The notes: generated by a model from the letters alone, not told the origin. A DNA stretch of 62,992 nt, filler included, from Octopus bimaculoides (GCF_001194135.2; 5 parts of 5 records of this genome joined end to end with filler, not necessarily neighbours in it); one strand, 5' to 3'; counted from the whole stretch's first letter, positions 25,167 to 39,350 are shown. Numbers and translations: made by a program.

Positions 25167-27639
25167 CAAAAATCACAGATTAAGCGATGCACAAGATGTA
25201 ATTATGTCTCTGTATTGTTTAAGATCGAATTGTACCAAAGTTGACTTAGTCTTCCAGGGCCAATATAATAATATCGAGCTACTAGTTAATTTATTGGGAC
25301 CAGTTTAATTAATTATAACCCTCTTCTAGAATGGTCTGATGTAAGTAACTATTATTTAAAATCAAAACAAAATGACATTGAAAGTTGATCAGTCAGGAAA
25401 CTTTAGAGATAAATATTGTATTTAAATGAATTATTGCTCATATGCAGCATAAAGATTAATTTAAGTTACCATCATCAAATATTCACAAAACTGTCGTTGA
25501 ATGTAATTCAAGATGCTTCTAAAAAATAAAAAAAAAAATGAAGCTACTTTGGTATTGGCTAAGGAATTTTACATTTATGGAATTCCTCTCTGAATGATGT
25601 TTTTAAATCTATAGCTCGTCTTGGAATATAATTGATGTATTGACCAATGTTGGCATATTACATTGCTAATCTTACTAATGCTATAATCACTGAGATTAAA
25701 TCTAGAAGAAGTATGAGAAACAACTATTTATTTGTATAGCTGTAGGCATGGCTTTGTAGTTGAAAGGTTTGCTTCAAAAGCACTTGGTTGCAAGTTCAGT
25801 CGCAATGAGCAGCTCCTTGGACAAGTATCTCCTGCAAGAAGCCCATTGCATGCATCAGCGGATGTTGATATTCCATGTATGTTACTTGTTTGAGTGTAAT
25901 GGTGATGGTCTATTGACATTATTTGTTGATATTGTGACCAATTAATCTGAGCTTGTGGAGACAAGTGGAATAAACATAAAACAACCTCTTATTTGAAAAA
26001 CAGGTAAAGGTTGGTGACAGGAAAAACACTCAGCTGTAAAATCTTGCTTCAAATAACTTTTTGTTCTTACCGAAGGGAATGCAGTCATCAAACAAATGAA
26101 ATATTCAAAACAATAGAAAATATTGAATATTTTTGTATATTTTGCATAAAACAGTTCTGCCAGTTTGCCACCTTAGAAGTAATGGTAATTTTCATGGTGG
26201 GAGGGGGGGGGCCTTATTCAGAAGATCTGTTATGTATGTAGGAGAAAAATCTTCAATTTAGATAGAGATACTATCACCTGAAGTCATGAATGAATCTTAC
26301 ATACAGAATCTATATACATTTACAGAAGCTAGACACTGGTTATTATACATAATTTATACTGTTATGCATAACAGCATTGTACTATTACTAATTACTGTGC
26401 ATAGCCTGAATAGCTTTCATTCACCTCAAGTTAATACAGGATCATTACTGATAGTTTATATACATTGATTAATATTATAAATTCTACAATTAGAGATGTT
26501 CAAACTTCAAATAATGGCCACCCTGGAATAAACATATTTATTCTCTGATCACTTCACATAAGTTTCCAGTGGTCACTCTACCCAATTAGCAATTACATAG
26601 CTTATTAATTCTAAATGAAACACTGAGAAGAGATTGTGCCAAGACTGTTTGAAGCAAATATTTCTATTTAAATTACAAATTACTGCATAATCCACTTGTA
26701 ACCACTTGTAGGTCCTTAAGGAATTCAAAAATAAAATTAATATTACTAATTACAGATTCAATTATTTAAAGGAACTGCTGTATTTTTCTGGTTGGCACTT
26801 GAAGTTTTCCTTCGAAAACAAAAAAGAATTTCCTTAATTCTGTGTCGTTAACATGCTGTACAAATGCTAAAATATAATATTGTCGTCTGAGAGACCTAGT
26901 CATCTAAACTTTGTGCTAATTACATTGTAACCTATTATTTATGAGTTATCTAAATCATACACCCACTCACTCACTCACACATTTGCTCTAATTAGCAATT
27001 CACAGTTTTTCTTCATACATAATACTTCATTGATTTTTTGTTTATTGCATATCTATGCCAGTACAGTCATCGTTTTTGTTGAATATATAGGTTGATGCTT
27101 TTGATTCTGAACTTTCTCTACTGATATGTACTTAATCCATTACAAGAATTCCCATTACACATCTAATAATAGTTTCCTTAGACATACAACAACATACATA
27201 GCACTAAAATTTATTGTCATGTAAGTCTTTGTAGTACACATTCACACATCTGAATGGCTTTCTTTGTTCGCCATCTGTTTGAAGTCTCTGCAATTACAGT
27301 ATATTAGATATTCTGCTGTGGTTTCCACTCTGAATGCATGCATAATTTCCACCACCGAATTTACAAACCAACTATCATCATTAGGAGTGATGGTTGCAGA
27401 TGGCAGCCCCAAATTCAAGCCATCACCAGATCATGATATTTCCCATGTTATTGAAAAACAACTGTTGGAAAGGAAATTCTCAGAAAAAGCTTGGCACCAA
27501 ACTGGAATTGAACCAATTTTCTTCATGAGAATATTTTCAGTTTTAAACATCAATTCTTGTTATGTGAAATAACTTAGTGGTCTTAGGTAACTTCATTTTC
27601 TGTTGTGTCTCTAAATTATTGCAAAGGTTGTACTCAGGG

Positions 27640-28296
27640 CTTAATATTAAAGATATGTTAAAGAGTCTGTACAATTGATTTAGTGTCCCTGAAAGGACAC
27701 AAGGCAATGATGACCTTGGTGGAATTTGAACTTAGGACATAAAGACAGATGTTATACCGAAAAAGCATTTGTCCAGTGTGCTAACAATTCTGCCATCTTG
27801 CCTCAATAATGCTACTACTGATAATAATAATAATAATAATAATAATAATCCTTTCTACTATAGGCACAAGACCTGAAATTTGGGGGAGGAGTAAGTTGAT
27901 TACATTGACTCCAGTGCATAACTGGTACTTATTTAATCAACCCTGAAAGGATGAAAGGCAAAGTCAACCTCAGTGGAATTTGAAATCAGAACATAGTGGC
28001 AGACAAAATACCACTAAGCATTATACCTAGTGTGCTAATGATTCTGCCAGCTCCCTACTTAGTTGATAATAATATCAATAATAATAATAATAATAATAAT
28101 AATAATCCTTTCTACTAAAGGCACAAGGCCTTTAAGTTTGGTGGGTGGTGACCAGTCAATCATATCGACCCCAGTGTTTCACTGGCACCTAATTAATCTA
28201 TCACTGAAAGGATGAAAGGCAAAGTTATCCTCAGCAGGATTTGATCTCAGGACATAAAAACAGATTAGATACTGCTAAGCATTTTGCCTGGTGTGC
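27640..28296 (-). mobile_element. Three tandem head-to-tail family-A SINE copies separated by (AAT)n, heavily CpG-decayed
   Basis: Three GAAAGG...AAGGCAA...GGA.TT.GA...CA...AAGCATT...GTGTGC blocks (27680-27800, 27850-28055, 28105-28296). Confidence 0.8.
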
Positions 28297-29097
28297 AAAG
28301 AAGCTAAAGAGTTGGATGTAATACTGACAAAACACTGAATGTTTTTCCATTTATTTATATGTAGAATAACTAATAACTGATTAAATATAGTTTTGTCAAG
28401 TTGATTAAAACCCACCTGAGATACTAAATAAATGAAAAAGACAATGTCAAGATAAAAAAAAAAACAAAAGCAAGGCAACGGAACAAAAATACCTTATTGA
28501 AGAGCAGGTTAGAAATTTAATGAGAAATTTGGTTTGTGTGCAAGAGACCTATCTGTCATTTTAACAAGCCCAACCACTTGTTTTTAGTTAAGAGGAAAAC
28601 AGTAAGAAAGACAAACAGAAGAACAACTGTCAAAAACAGAAATATCCTTTCTTCAGATATGTAATCAAGTGACTGCAACAGCAAGATTTGTCAATAAGAG
28701 ATAACGATAATTAGGAAAGAAACATTAGATGAATGACACAAGGATAATAAATGGTTTGAAATATCATAAAATATAAACTGAAGAAATAGGAAACAGAATA
28801 ACATTTGTTATTATTACTTGTAATGAGTTTATATTAAAATCAATAACATATTTATTTGTAGATGTTCATTGTTGTGGCCTTCCATCTTGAGGAGAGCGGG
28901 AGGTGGGTGGCGACGGTATATTCAGGATGTGGTGGTGGNNNNNNNNNNNNNNNNNNNNNNNNNGGGGGGGGGGGGGGGTCAGTGGTGGTGTAATATCTTA
29001 CTTTCGTTAGTCTTATCTGACCTTAGATCATTAACATTTATGATTGATTGATCAAATGATTGAATCACTTTGACAATCTTGTTCTAATAATGATTTG

Positions 29098-29130
<33 letters not shown>

Positions 29131-30102
29131 GAGAGCAGTCTATTAGTTAACAAGTCATAAATATATTATACAATTAAGTGTGTAATACAATAATTAATTA
29201 TTAAAAATAAATAGAAATGTAAATATAGAGCAAATGATGTGTGATTTAAATAGACCAAACCAATTCCAGTGTGAAGTAATAAAATATGATTCCAGACATG
29301 ACCCCCCCCCCCCCCCGATTAATTACTGTGCTAAATCTTTACAGCAACAACAAACTAATGCTTCCACTGTGTATTATTAGAAAAGTTAGTTTTCTTATTT
29401 TAATTCTTCGAAAATTCTTGAGATGAAGATTTCAAGACAGACAATATTGCAAATAAAATTGTTTTCTCTCAATATCGAAGCAAAATGTTAATAGGGAAGG
29501 TCAGAATATTTCCCAAGTAGCATAAAATAACAACATCAGCCACAAATGTAATTAAATATAGAGTGAAGAGTGAAGTTGATCATTTGATTGGGATAATGGT
29601 TAAACCATTTTGCTAAAGAAATAAAATGCATCTGGCATTGTATTGCATACTATCAAAAATCAGAATCATTCTCCACAACTTTCTATATTTTTAATTCAGT
29701 TACATTTTGGTGTGTGTTCCGCGTCTTTTTTTATTTTGTTTGTTTACCAGGCTCAGTTATAATAATGTCTTTATCTTCTGCACTTTACTATTAATCTTTC
29801 GGGTAGTAGGTGACACTAGGTATTAGCCTTTTCAGTCCTTTTATTTAGAAATTAACATGAATCAATGATATAGCAGGCTTGATATTGTCAATGCTATCAG
29901 TTAGCTGCTGTTTCTTAGCCCTAAGTCCAATAAATATATGATGTACCTATGTCATAACAGCACTCTAACGTCATGAAGTAGGTAGGTATTGTAGGGTAAC
30001 GACATTTTGCTAATACCTAGATCGAGCGATTAAACATTTCTTATTCCCAGGATTCAGAATATATTATAAAACTAATGAAATTTAATCTTTTTCCTACTTT
30101 AG

Positions 30103-30180
30103 CTCTTACAGATTATGAACAAATGCCTGAGCATGTCTCTAACTCTTACTGCATGAAGTTCAACAACTTATTAGAAGAAG
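30103..30180 (+). CDS. Possible internal exon (phase 1-1) of an unidentified gene: LTDYEQMPEHVSNSYCMKFNNLLEE
   Basis: TTTTTCCTACTTTAG acceptor, 78 nt open frame, AG|GTTAAA donor; no homology recognised. Confidence 0.3.
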
Positions 30181-30229
30181 GTTAAAGAAATACACAACAT
30201 ATAAGGAAAAATTACTTTCTAAGAGTTTT

Positions 30230-30291
<62 letters not shown>

Positions 30292-30292
<1 letters not shown>

Positions 30293-30474
30293 TGTTGTAT
30301 CTGGCGGAGAGTCATTCTCTTTTAGTGCCTTATAATTTAACACACTCACTGGTAAAATTTCCATTCATTTACTTATTTATTCTTACTTATTTATTTTTAT
30401 GGATAGAAATTTTACCAGTGAGTGTGTTAAATTATAAGGCTCTAAAAGAGAATGACCCTCCCCAGACACAACAG
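30292..30474. mobile_element. 183-bp MITE with ~70 bp TIRs, probably Tc1/mariner type (TA target)
   Basis: 30292-30361 is the reverse complement of 30406-30474 with few mismatches; next to (TA)n on the left and TA on the right. Confidence 0.8.
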
Positions 30475-33043
30475 TACATGCTTCAACACATAAACTCACA
30501 AAGAATCTTGTAAACCAAATCCCAAAACGAAATCTGTAACTATATCTAAAATGTGAAGGTTGTCCCATTTTCAGCCTAAGAAATCATGGTAAACCTATAT
30601 ATATATATACATACACACACAAACTGCAATAACATGACAAAACTAAACCCAAAATCAAAAAAGAAAAAGTGAAGAAATTCATTGGTCTGTTTATTCAATT
30701 GATATCGGCCTGCCTATTGAGATTCCTTCCACTAGACTAACCATTTCCATATATTGGCCTAAATTTCAATACATGGCCAATTTATCCAACACTAAACAAA
30801 TTATCTGACAATATCTGGAACAGTCTTCATTAACAGTGTTAGGTCATTTGATACTAAATGAAACTGAATGCATTTGCGACCAATTATCCTACAGTAAGCG
30901 GCTTATCATTAATTAATAGTCACTATTGACAAATTATGTTGCATGAAAATGCTTGCTGCAGTCTTACAATATTGTAATTGATGTTTCAAATTATAATGAT
31001 AATAATAATAATAATAACAATAATAGTAATAATAATAATAACAATAATAATATGATGATGATGATGATGACCAATATTTTGCAGCATAATCTGAATACAC
31101 ACACACACACACAAAATCTCAAATCAAAAAATAGCACTTGTAAATCTAAATATATAATTGAAGTATATTCTGGCTACATGTCCCATGTACTTGTACATGA
31201 AGGGCTACATTGTGAAATGTCTCTTTTTTTTTTTTTTTAAAGATAGTAGAGTATGATTTGATGGAGATTTGGTTGCTCTTTCTAGCAGGTTGGACATCTA
31301 TGGTGAGATGTTTATTGTTGGCTCAGTCAACTGTCTGTAGATTACAGAGTTGGAAATATTGTTTGATGATATAATTACTTTGAAGAATTCCATAGCTAAA
31401 TGATCAAAAGTGAAATATTTGCACCAATAGTCTACTCATAGAACAGTAAAATATGGGGAAATGATTTTCAAAAATAGCTTAGCATCCTGCGATCTACCTG
31501 GAAAGATCAACAGTAATGTCTGCTGGTGATTGTTTGTACTTTACATCAGCCAGGTAGCCTAAATCGGGAAACCTGCCAGCATTGATTAAGCCCCAGCATG
31601 TGTATAGGTAGCACTACTCCTGATAATTATACCCTTCTGTGATTTGCATCTCCAGATCCACAGCCACCTTGGGACAAACTCTTCTGTCTCCATTGCCAAT
31701 TTGATGCTCTTCCACCTTAGTTAATATTTATCATGGACACAATGGAGATGTTTGACCAGTTAAAAAAGGAGTTCTTACTATTCACTATGGGAACTTAAGT
31801 AATTTATGTGTTTAAAGCCGTCACAGGTAGTTGCTTTTTTAAATAGTAATCACACACATATTGATTGTCTGCTGATTTTCCACAGCTGGATGCCTTTCCT
31901 GTCACTAACCTTCACCTGTTTCCAAATAAAGTAATATTTTCCCTTAGCCAAACATGCTTTTCAAAAAAGACTGGAAACAAACGACCTTGCTTGCATGACA
32001 GGGATGCTCATTTACAACCATCACATGGTGTCTAGACAATGGTATAAGTAAATGAAACTAGGGACATGAACAGAATTATTTAGGTAACAAAATACAATTG
32101 TCTGTTGGGATAATTCTGTTCTTTAGACTACAAAATTAAATTTATTCTTGTCAAAGTTTGTAGTGCTTCTGAATTAGCGTGGAATAATTTGTAAATGACT
32201 CATGGATAGATGGTGATTAGCTTCAGAAATTGGTCACTTCCTTTCATAGTTCTAAAAAGACATCTTTGAGTTTGGTTCCTCCAAATCTCAGAAAGTTCAC
32301 CTCCTGATCTTATCACGTTAGAAATTTAAACAAAAGAGCACCTCTGCCATTAGATTTGCCAAATCAATTGATGCCAAATAGATTGAACAACTTTTTCTTT
32401 GCATAGTTCTACAAGAGAATTAATCTTAACCATTTAAGTAAATATCTTTCAGAATGACAGACTAAGAAGCACTTCAAAATGGGAACATTTCCAATTCCAA
32501 GAAAATTTAAACACACATACACTCTCTCTCTCTCACGCACGTGCATATATTTGCATGCTTGCACAATGAGACACATGCACATACACAAGTGTTTATGCAC
32601 ATATTTGCATGTGCACGAATATATATTATTTGACATTTAACTATTTCAAACACGAAAACAAATTTGCATCAGGTTTTACATTGATAGACTCCTAAATAAA
32701 AAGAATAGAAAAACTGATACAGTGATTTTGCTTGTTCAACTGTATCATCATCACCATCAACACCACAATAGCTACCACCTCCATTGCCACCACCACCTTC
32801 ACCACCGTCATCATCAACATCATCACAATCAATAACACTGCCACCACCACCACCATCATCATCATTATCATCATCAACACCACCCTCACCACCAGTATCA
32901 TCATCACTATAGTTGTCATCACCATCAATATGTTTCCCCTCCTCCCCCTCATTATCATCATCATCATCAAAATAGCATAAGAAGCTTTCACTTTAGGTTT
33001 CTATTTTGTATTTTTATTTTTTATTTTTTATTTTTTTTCCAAG

Positions 33044-33104
33044 CTGAATTCTCCTCATGTATTTGATCAAATTTATAACATTGTGCAGGGTTTTTGTAGA
33101 GAGG
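33044..33104 (+). CDS. Possible exon of an unidentified gene: LNSPHVFDQIYNIVQGFCRE
   Basis: Very long U-rich tract + CCAAG acceptor; only one frame open; donor uncertain (33104 or 33123). Confidence 0.25.
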
Positions 33105-33491
33105 GTGAAAAACGAAGTTTTTGGTATATGAATTATTGATTGAGCTAAGATATTTTTACTTCAACCCAGTTTTTATTCTATATAAATCAAAAACCAAATA
33201 AATTGGTAGCGCTAAAGTGCAGTGATATATATATACTAAAAGCAAGTTTCCTTTTCCTGCCGGGTCAAATGTCTTGCTAGTTTCTACATTGTGAAACCTA
33301 ACTTATATATTCCATGCATTAGGAAGAGAAAGAAAGAAAGAAAGAAAGAAAGGGAGGAAGGAAGGAAAGAAAGAAATATGCTATTGGAAACCGTAATGTG
33401 TTAATCTTTTGTCAAGTCTTAACTGTAAAACATGTAATATTTTATTAAGTTGCATTGCTTCTCAAACGAATCTTTCCTATAATTTATTTAG

Positions 33492-33592
33492 ATATTAATA
33501 TGGTTGTGTTTGATAGCGCTTCAAGAAACATTTTAGAAGAATTTAGAAAATTTGAGTTACAGTATACTTGCAATCTTAAAGATGCTGTCTAG
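33492..33592 (+). CDS. Possible terminal coding exon of an unidentified gene: (D)INMVVFDSASRNILEEFRKFELQYTCNLKDAV*
   Basis: TTTATTTAG acceptor, protein-like composition, phase compatible with a donor at 33104. Confidence 0.3.
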
Positions 33593-34090
33593 AATATTAA
33601 CAACTTGTTACCCTTTGGTAAAAATGTTGCCTTTCACAATGATATTTGCTGTAGATATTTTATACATCAAGAATTCATTGCAGCTACTTCTATAAAAACT
33701 CTGTGTGTGTGTGTGTGTGTGCATATTCAAACACACCCACATTTATTTGGTTTTACATCCATTTTTCTTTCAAAACTAGCGTAGCATTTTGCATATGCAC
33801 AGGCATGGCTGTGTGGTAAAAAGTTTGCTTCCCAACCACATGGCTCTGGGTTCAATCTATGTGGCATCTTGAGCATGTGTCTTCTACTACAGCCTCAGAA
33901 TGACCAAAGCATTGAAAGTGTATCTGGTAGATGGAAACTGAAAGAAGCCTGATGTATACATACATACATATGATGTGTGTGTTTGTGGGTCTCCACTACC
34001 AGTTGATTACTGGTGTTGGTTTGTTTACATCATACATCCTTATAAATTAGAGGTTCAGCAAATTACTAGGCCTAAAAAAATACTATATAT

Positions 34091-34279
34091 AGTAATCCCT
34101 CGACATTCCAAAACCCTCCATGATAGGTGAAAATCCACAAAGTGGAAACAATATTGTACTGTATATATTTTATATTGTTTTTATAATTTGTATATGTTTA
34201 TTTTATTATAAAAGCAAAATAACACTATGGAGGAATTGACATAAGCTTAAATAATAAACTGTGATATGGTGAGGGTACT

Positions 34280-34280
<1 letters not shown>
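34091..34280. mobile_element. Degraded pogo/Tigger-like MITE
   Basis: Ends AGTAATCCCTCGACAT... and ...ATATGGTGAGGG-TACTG resemble CAGTAATCCCTCG-type TIRs; TA-rich flanks. Confidence 0.45.
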
Positions 34281-34316
<36 letters not shown>

Positions 34317-34326
34317 NNNNNNNNNN

Positions 34327-34366
<40 letters not shown>

Positions 34367-35212
34367 ATATACTTGTAAATAAATATATGCCTGTATGGAT
34401 AGATAGATAGAAGGATAAATTCATTAGATAGACAGGAAGACAGACAGATAGATAAATAGTATGAATAAGTGAATGAACATTTATTGTTCATAATGTAGTG
34501 TGTGTAGTTTAGTTATGTGGGATAGAAGGTGCTGGTGCTATGGTAAAATGGACCAGTTCATTGTGTAAAGTAGAAAGTGCATTCAGGCATAGAAACCAAA
34601 CCAAAAATGAAATGTGTGAGGAAAACGTACCTTTAACACATCTAGGAGGGCAGGAAATCTAAATAAGAACTGGTTTGGACCCTGACTACTTGTCGAAATC
34701 ATGCTAGCATGGAAAGCAAACATAAAACTGATTATGATGATGGTGAGTGTAGTGGTTAGGTGGTGGTGGTGGTTAGGTGATGGTGGTGACGGTGGTAGTG
34801 ATGATCGCCACGATAAAATGTGCATTATGTGTATCTGATTTAATAATCAAAGAGACTGTTGGCTCAGAGATCACTGGAATCACAGTGCGGTTATTTAGAT
34901 ACCTTGGTACCCAAGGGTAGGATAAATAAAGCGCTGCTTTGTGTACGACTGTTTAGACAAGAGAGGTATTCCGGTTTCAAGAGAAATGGTTATTACCATG
35001 ACATTGACTTTTGTTTCATTCAACATCGATCTTTGATGAAATCAAAAGAGAACCTACAAGCTACAGAATACAACCTCATGTTTGATATAATTTGTGTGTA
35101 TAGGTGGGTGAGTGTGTGTGTGTATGTGATTAAACATTCAGCTTAATTTATCTTATTAAAAATCCCCATTTAAAAAGAAAACAATTTGAATATTCTTATC
35201 ATCAATATTATT

Positions 35213-35243
<31 letters not shown>

Positions 35244-36695
35244 TTCTTATCATCAATATTATTATTATTATTATTATTATTATTACTAAGGTATCTGAGG
35301 AAATGCCTAACAGCATTTCTTTTGGTTTTTTTTTATGTTCTGAGTTCAAGTCCTGCTGAGATCAACTTTGCCTTTCATCCTTTTGGGATCGATAAAATAA
35401 AATAGCAGTCAAGTACTGGGGGGGTCAATGTAATCAACTAACCGCCTCCCACCAAAATTGCTGGCCTTGTGCCAAAATTTGAAACCATTATTATTATTAG
35501 TATTCCTGTAGACGTGACCACCACTATCACTACCACCCCCATCATCATCATTTAATGAAACTGCTCACAAACCATCATCTCTTTCATTGTCACTATACGG
35601 TTTACCACCTCCACCAGAATCACCACCACCATTAGCAAAATATTCCTCTTTCCTATTCCACCTCTTCATCCTCATCATCATCATCAACATAAAATTATAG
35701 AGACAATATATTTTTTAGAATTAATTTAGTTACTGTAAGCTAATTATTTTGATGGAAATCATTTAATAAAATCAATTTTATAATCCAAATCTCAGTTATT
35801 TAATTTAATAAGTTATTTAAATTTAAATCAGTTTATTAGATTAATTTTTGACATCTCTTTCATTCTAGTTGTTGCTGTTGTTGTTAAATGAATTAATAGA
35901 ATATATTTTGAAGCACTCAAGAAAACAAAAAAAAAAGAAGTTAATTTCAATAAATCCAATTTTATATGGTGAGGTAATGAAGGCAGTTTAATATCCTATA
36001 TTTGAATATATAACTGTAATTGTTTTGCTAGGATATTTTCGCAAAAGTCATCAAAGTTAGCTGTTAATAATAATCGAACGAGAATAACTTTGATACACGA
36101 AATTAATAAAGCAATTGATTGACTTACAAATTAATTATATATTTAATAATAAAAAAATAATAATGATGTATTGGGAAAGAAACTGATATCATCATCAGTT
36201 TAAAAAAAAAACAGGAAAAACATAATTAACTCGAGAAAACTTTGTAGAAATTATACAATAATTAAATTGCTTATAATTTTTACAAGATTGTTTTAGTTTG
36301 AAACAGAATGTTTTGGGGGAAATTAAATTTGGAAAAAAAAAAAAAAGGATAAATTTAAATAAATGTTATCAACTGAACTAATTGGAAATTTATTCGGAAA
36401 ACTAAAGTTATTTTCGAATTGCAGAGAGTGTTGGTGGATATTTTGAAATTATAATAGCCGCCATAAAAACATTGGTAAGAGAGGAAGATTCCTTTCAAGT
36501 TAATATAAAACTACTAATATTTAGATGGTTATAAATATAGAGAGACATTTCAATAGAAGAAATTGAGTCATTAATGTGGCAATATTTTTTAAAATGTCAG
36601 CAAGTAGGTTACATGCGGGTGTGTATATGCTCACACAAATGTTGATAAACATATCTGTTTATGTGTGTATGTATATGATTGTGTGAAGTATATAC

Positions 36696-36735
<40 letters not shown>

Positions 36736-36745
36736 NNNNNNNNNN

Positions 36746-36776
<31 letters not shown>

Positions 36777-36944
36777 ACACACACACACACACATGCATGT
36801 CTATACATAAATACATATATATATGCATATATATATACATATATATGCATATACATATGCAGATGTATATATACATACACACACACACATATACACACAC
36901 ACATATATATGTATACATATATACATATACATATATATGCTTAT

Positions 36945-36983
<39 letters not shown>

Positions 36984-37406
36984 NNNNNNNNNNATATATA
37001 TACACATATATATGCATATATTTATATCACAAAGTGTATATATATATCACAAAGGGTGAGGTAGAAATATCAGTGACCAGGTCATAAATGAGCGATGAAT
37101 GACTTCCATACATATAACATACACTTCAATAAAATTAGATTCAGCATAATTCTTTATTTTTGTGTTTGTATGAGCGTGTTTATTTACAGTCTGTGTGTGT
37201 GTGTGTGTGTGTATTAGCATGATGAAACCATTTTAATATCAACACATTATATAGGAAGGAATTACTATCCAAAGAAATGCTATAAAAGAATATAAATATA
37301 ATGTGTGCGTGTAACTGTGTATGTGTGTATCTTTGTAGGGTAGTGGATGAATATAACTATCTTTCTTACTCTATCTCCCATTATCTCCTTCTCTATGAAT
37401 GGTATA

Positions 37407-37443
<37 letters not shown>

Positions 37444-37460
37444 GCATACAATATTGTGAA

Positions 37461-37516
<56 letters not shown>

Positions 37517-38413
37517 GTATATACTTTTATAATTTGTTTCACACTAGCTGTTCAATGGAGTGTTAGGTAACTCTTTAATAGAGAACATTCACCATAATTC
37601 ATTCCATAAGAGCTACTTCTGAAGAGTGCAGAATTACATAATTGGACCGTTACCTAACTTTCCATTGAAACCCTAGTGTGAAACTGATTGGTATGATCAG
37701 CCGCGGTGGATATATAATACTGTACACTTCGATTAATATATCCACTCTATTGACAGATATACAAATGCATTTTTTCCTGATGGACTCTTTGACAGCTACA
37801 TGTATGTATATATTTATATATACACACACACATTCATATATGAGTTGGTGTACGGAGGCATTTTTGCGATTCAGTTGCTTTCAAAATCTTTAACCACCAT
37901 TTTAGCTAGAATTTTCTTGTCATATCTAAAGGAAATGAAAACAAGGGATTAAAATTCTGTCAAAGCATCTAGAACACGACTAATATCAGTGTGTCAGATT
38001 GAGGCAGAAAATTAGAATATCGGTGTCTGATTGCAAGATATCATCTCACTCAATTTGCAAAGGTTAATGTTAGTTCAGATGAAATTTAGCCAACTTGCTT
38101 TCTCGTTTCAGGTCAAAATATGTCATTTTCGAGATATTTTGCATTGAATTTTCCATCTCATATTAAACATGATCGATTCTAATCGATTAATCTTAGCATC
38201 TAAAATTACATTGAAGCAATTTTTTCATAAAATTTATATTTAGAAATTTTGTGATGCTTGTTAATGCGTAGCTATTTATAGAAATATATATATATATATA
38301 TTACACACATTTCTTCATGTTCCTCAATTGATCTGTATTTAATACTTCCATCAGTGCATGCATATAAAATACATAATATATATTATACATATATACATGC
38401 ATTTCTGTACATC

Positions 38414-38462
<49 letters not shown>

Positions 38463-38551
38463 GAAAAAAAACAAACTCATACAAACACAAACATATGTAG
38501 TTATATATGTAGTTATATATACATTTATATCTATACACACATGTGTCTGTA

Positions 38552-38634
<83 letters not shown>

Positions 38635-38678
38635 NNNNNNNNNNNNNNNNNNNNNNNNNNNNNNNNNNNNNNNNNNNN

Positions 38679-38690
38679 TTAATTAATTAA
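38679..38690. other. Artificial scaffold linker TTAATTAATTAA
   Basis: N44-linker-N44 (38635-38734). Confidence 0.95.
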
Positions 38691-39004
38691 NNNNNNNNNN
38701 NNNNNNNNNNNNNNNNNNNNNNNNNNNNNNNNNNTATATATATATATATATATTTAGTGCGTGTTTGCCCTCCCACCATCACATGACAACCAGTGTTGGT
38801 TTGTTTATGTCCTTGTAACTTAGTGGTTCAGTAAAAAGAGACCAATAGAATACCCTTCAAGGTAGTGCCCTAGTATGGCTACAAGCCAATGACTGAAACA
38901 AGTAAAAGATAAAGGTGTGTGTGGAGGGACTGTATGTGTGTGTATGCATAATATGTATATATGTCTCTGTGTATGTGTATCTATATACTAAAACTCAAAG
39001 TTTG

Positions 39005-39350
39005 CCTGTTTTCCTGCCATTTGATTAAGATGATAAAGATTACAAATAAAATAGTCATTTCCCCCTTTAAGAAAAAAGAAATGAAATTGAAAATGTTGAC
39101 ACTTCAAAGAGTCATCACAGCTATCCACCATCTGTCTTTTTCCCTATTTTCTTTTTCTCCCCTTATTTATACAACTTATATAATCATTTATACAACTTTG
39201 GCATGCTGTAGACTGAAAGATGGAAATTCTTCCTATATTTTTTGAATCACAGGTACTTGATTTTTTTTTTCTTACAGGGGAAAATTACTATTTTATTTAA
39301 GATAAAAATATTGATCTTTATCATCTTGACCAAAAGGCAGAAAAACAGAG
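39005..39350. repeat. Foldback with ~90 bp inverted arms inside the Helitron
   Basis: 39005-39092 vs reverse complement of 39255-39350 (CTGTTTT.CTGCC.TTTG.T.AAGATGATAAAGAT...AAATAAAATAGT.ATTT.CCCCT.TAAGAAAAAA). Confidence 0.75.

Noticed and set aside
22490-25192. Long ORFs (up to 286 aa) of LVTPSF/LSGYPF/WLPLPF repeats
   Set aside because: Produced by the 18-bp minisatellite; frequent 17-bp units shift the frame with no selection to keep it, and there are no splice or start signals.
33044-33085. LNSPHVFDQIYN as the missing WIPI2 LSSVDKLEQIYE exon
   Set aside because: It lacks the SLAVG..GY portion, and no donor at the right position gives the phase needed for exon 41389; the similarity is probably chance.
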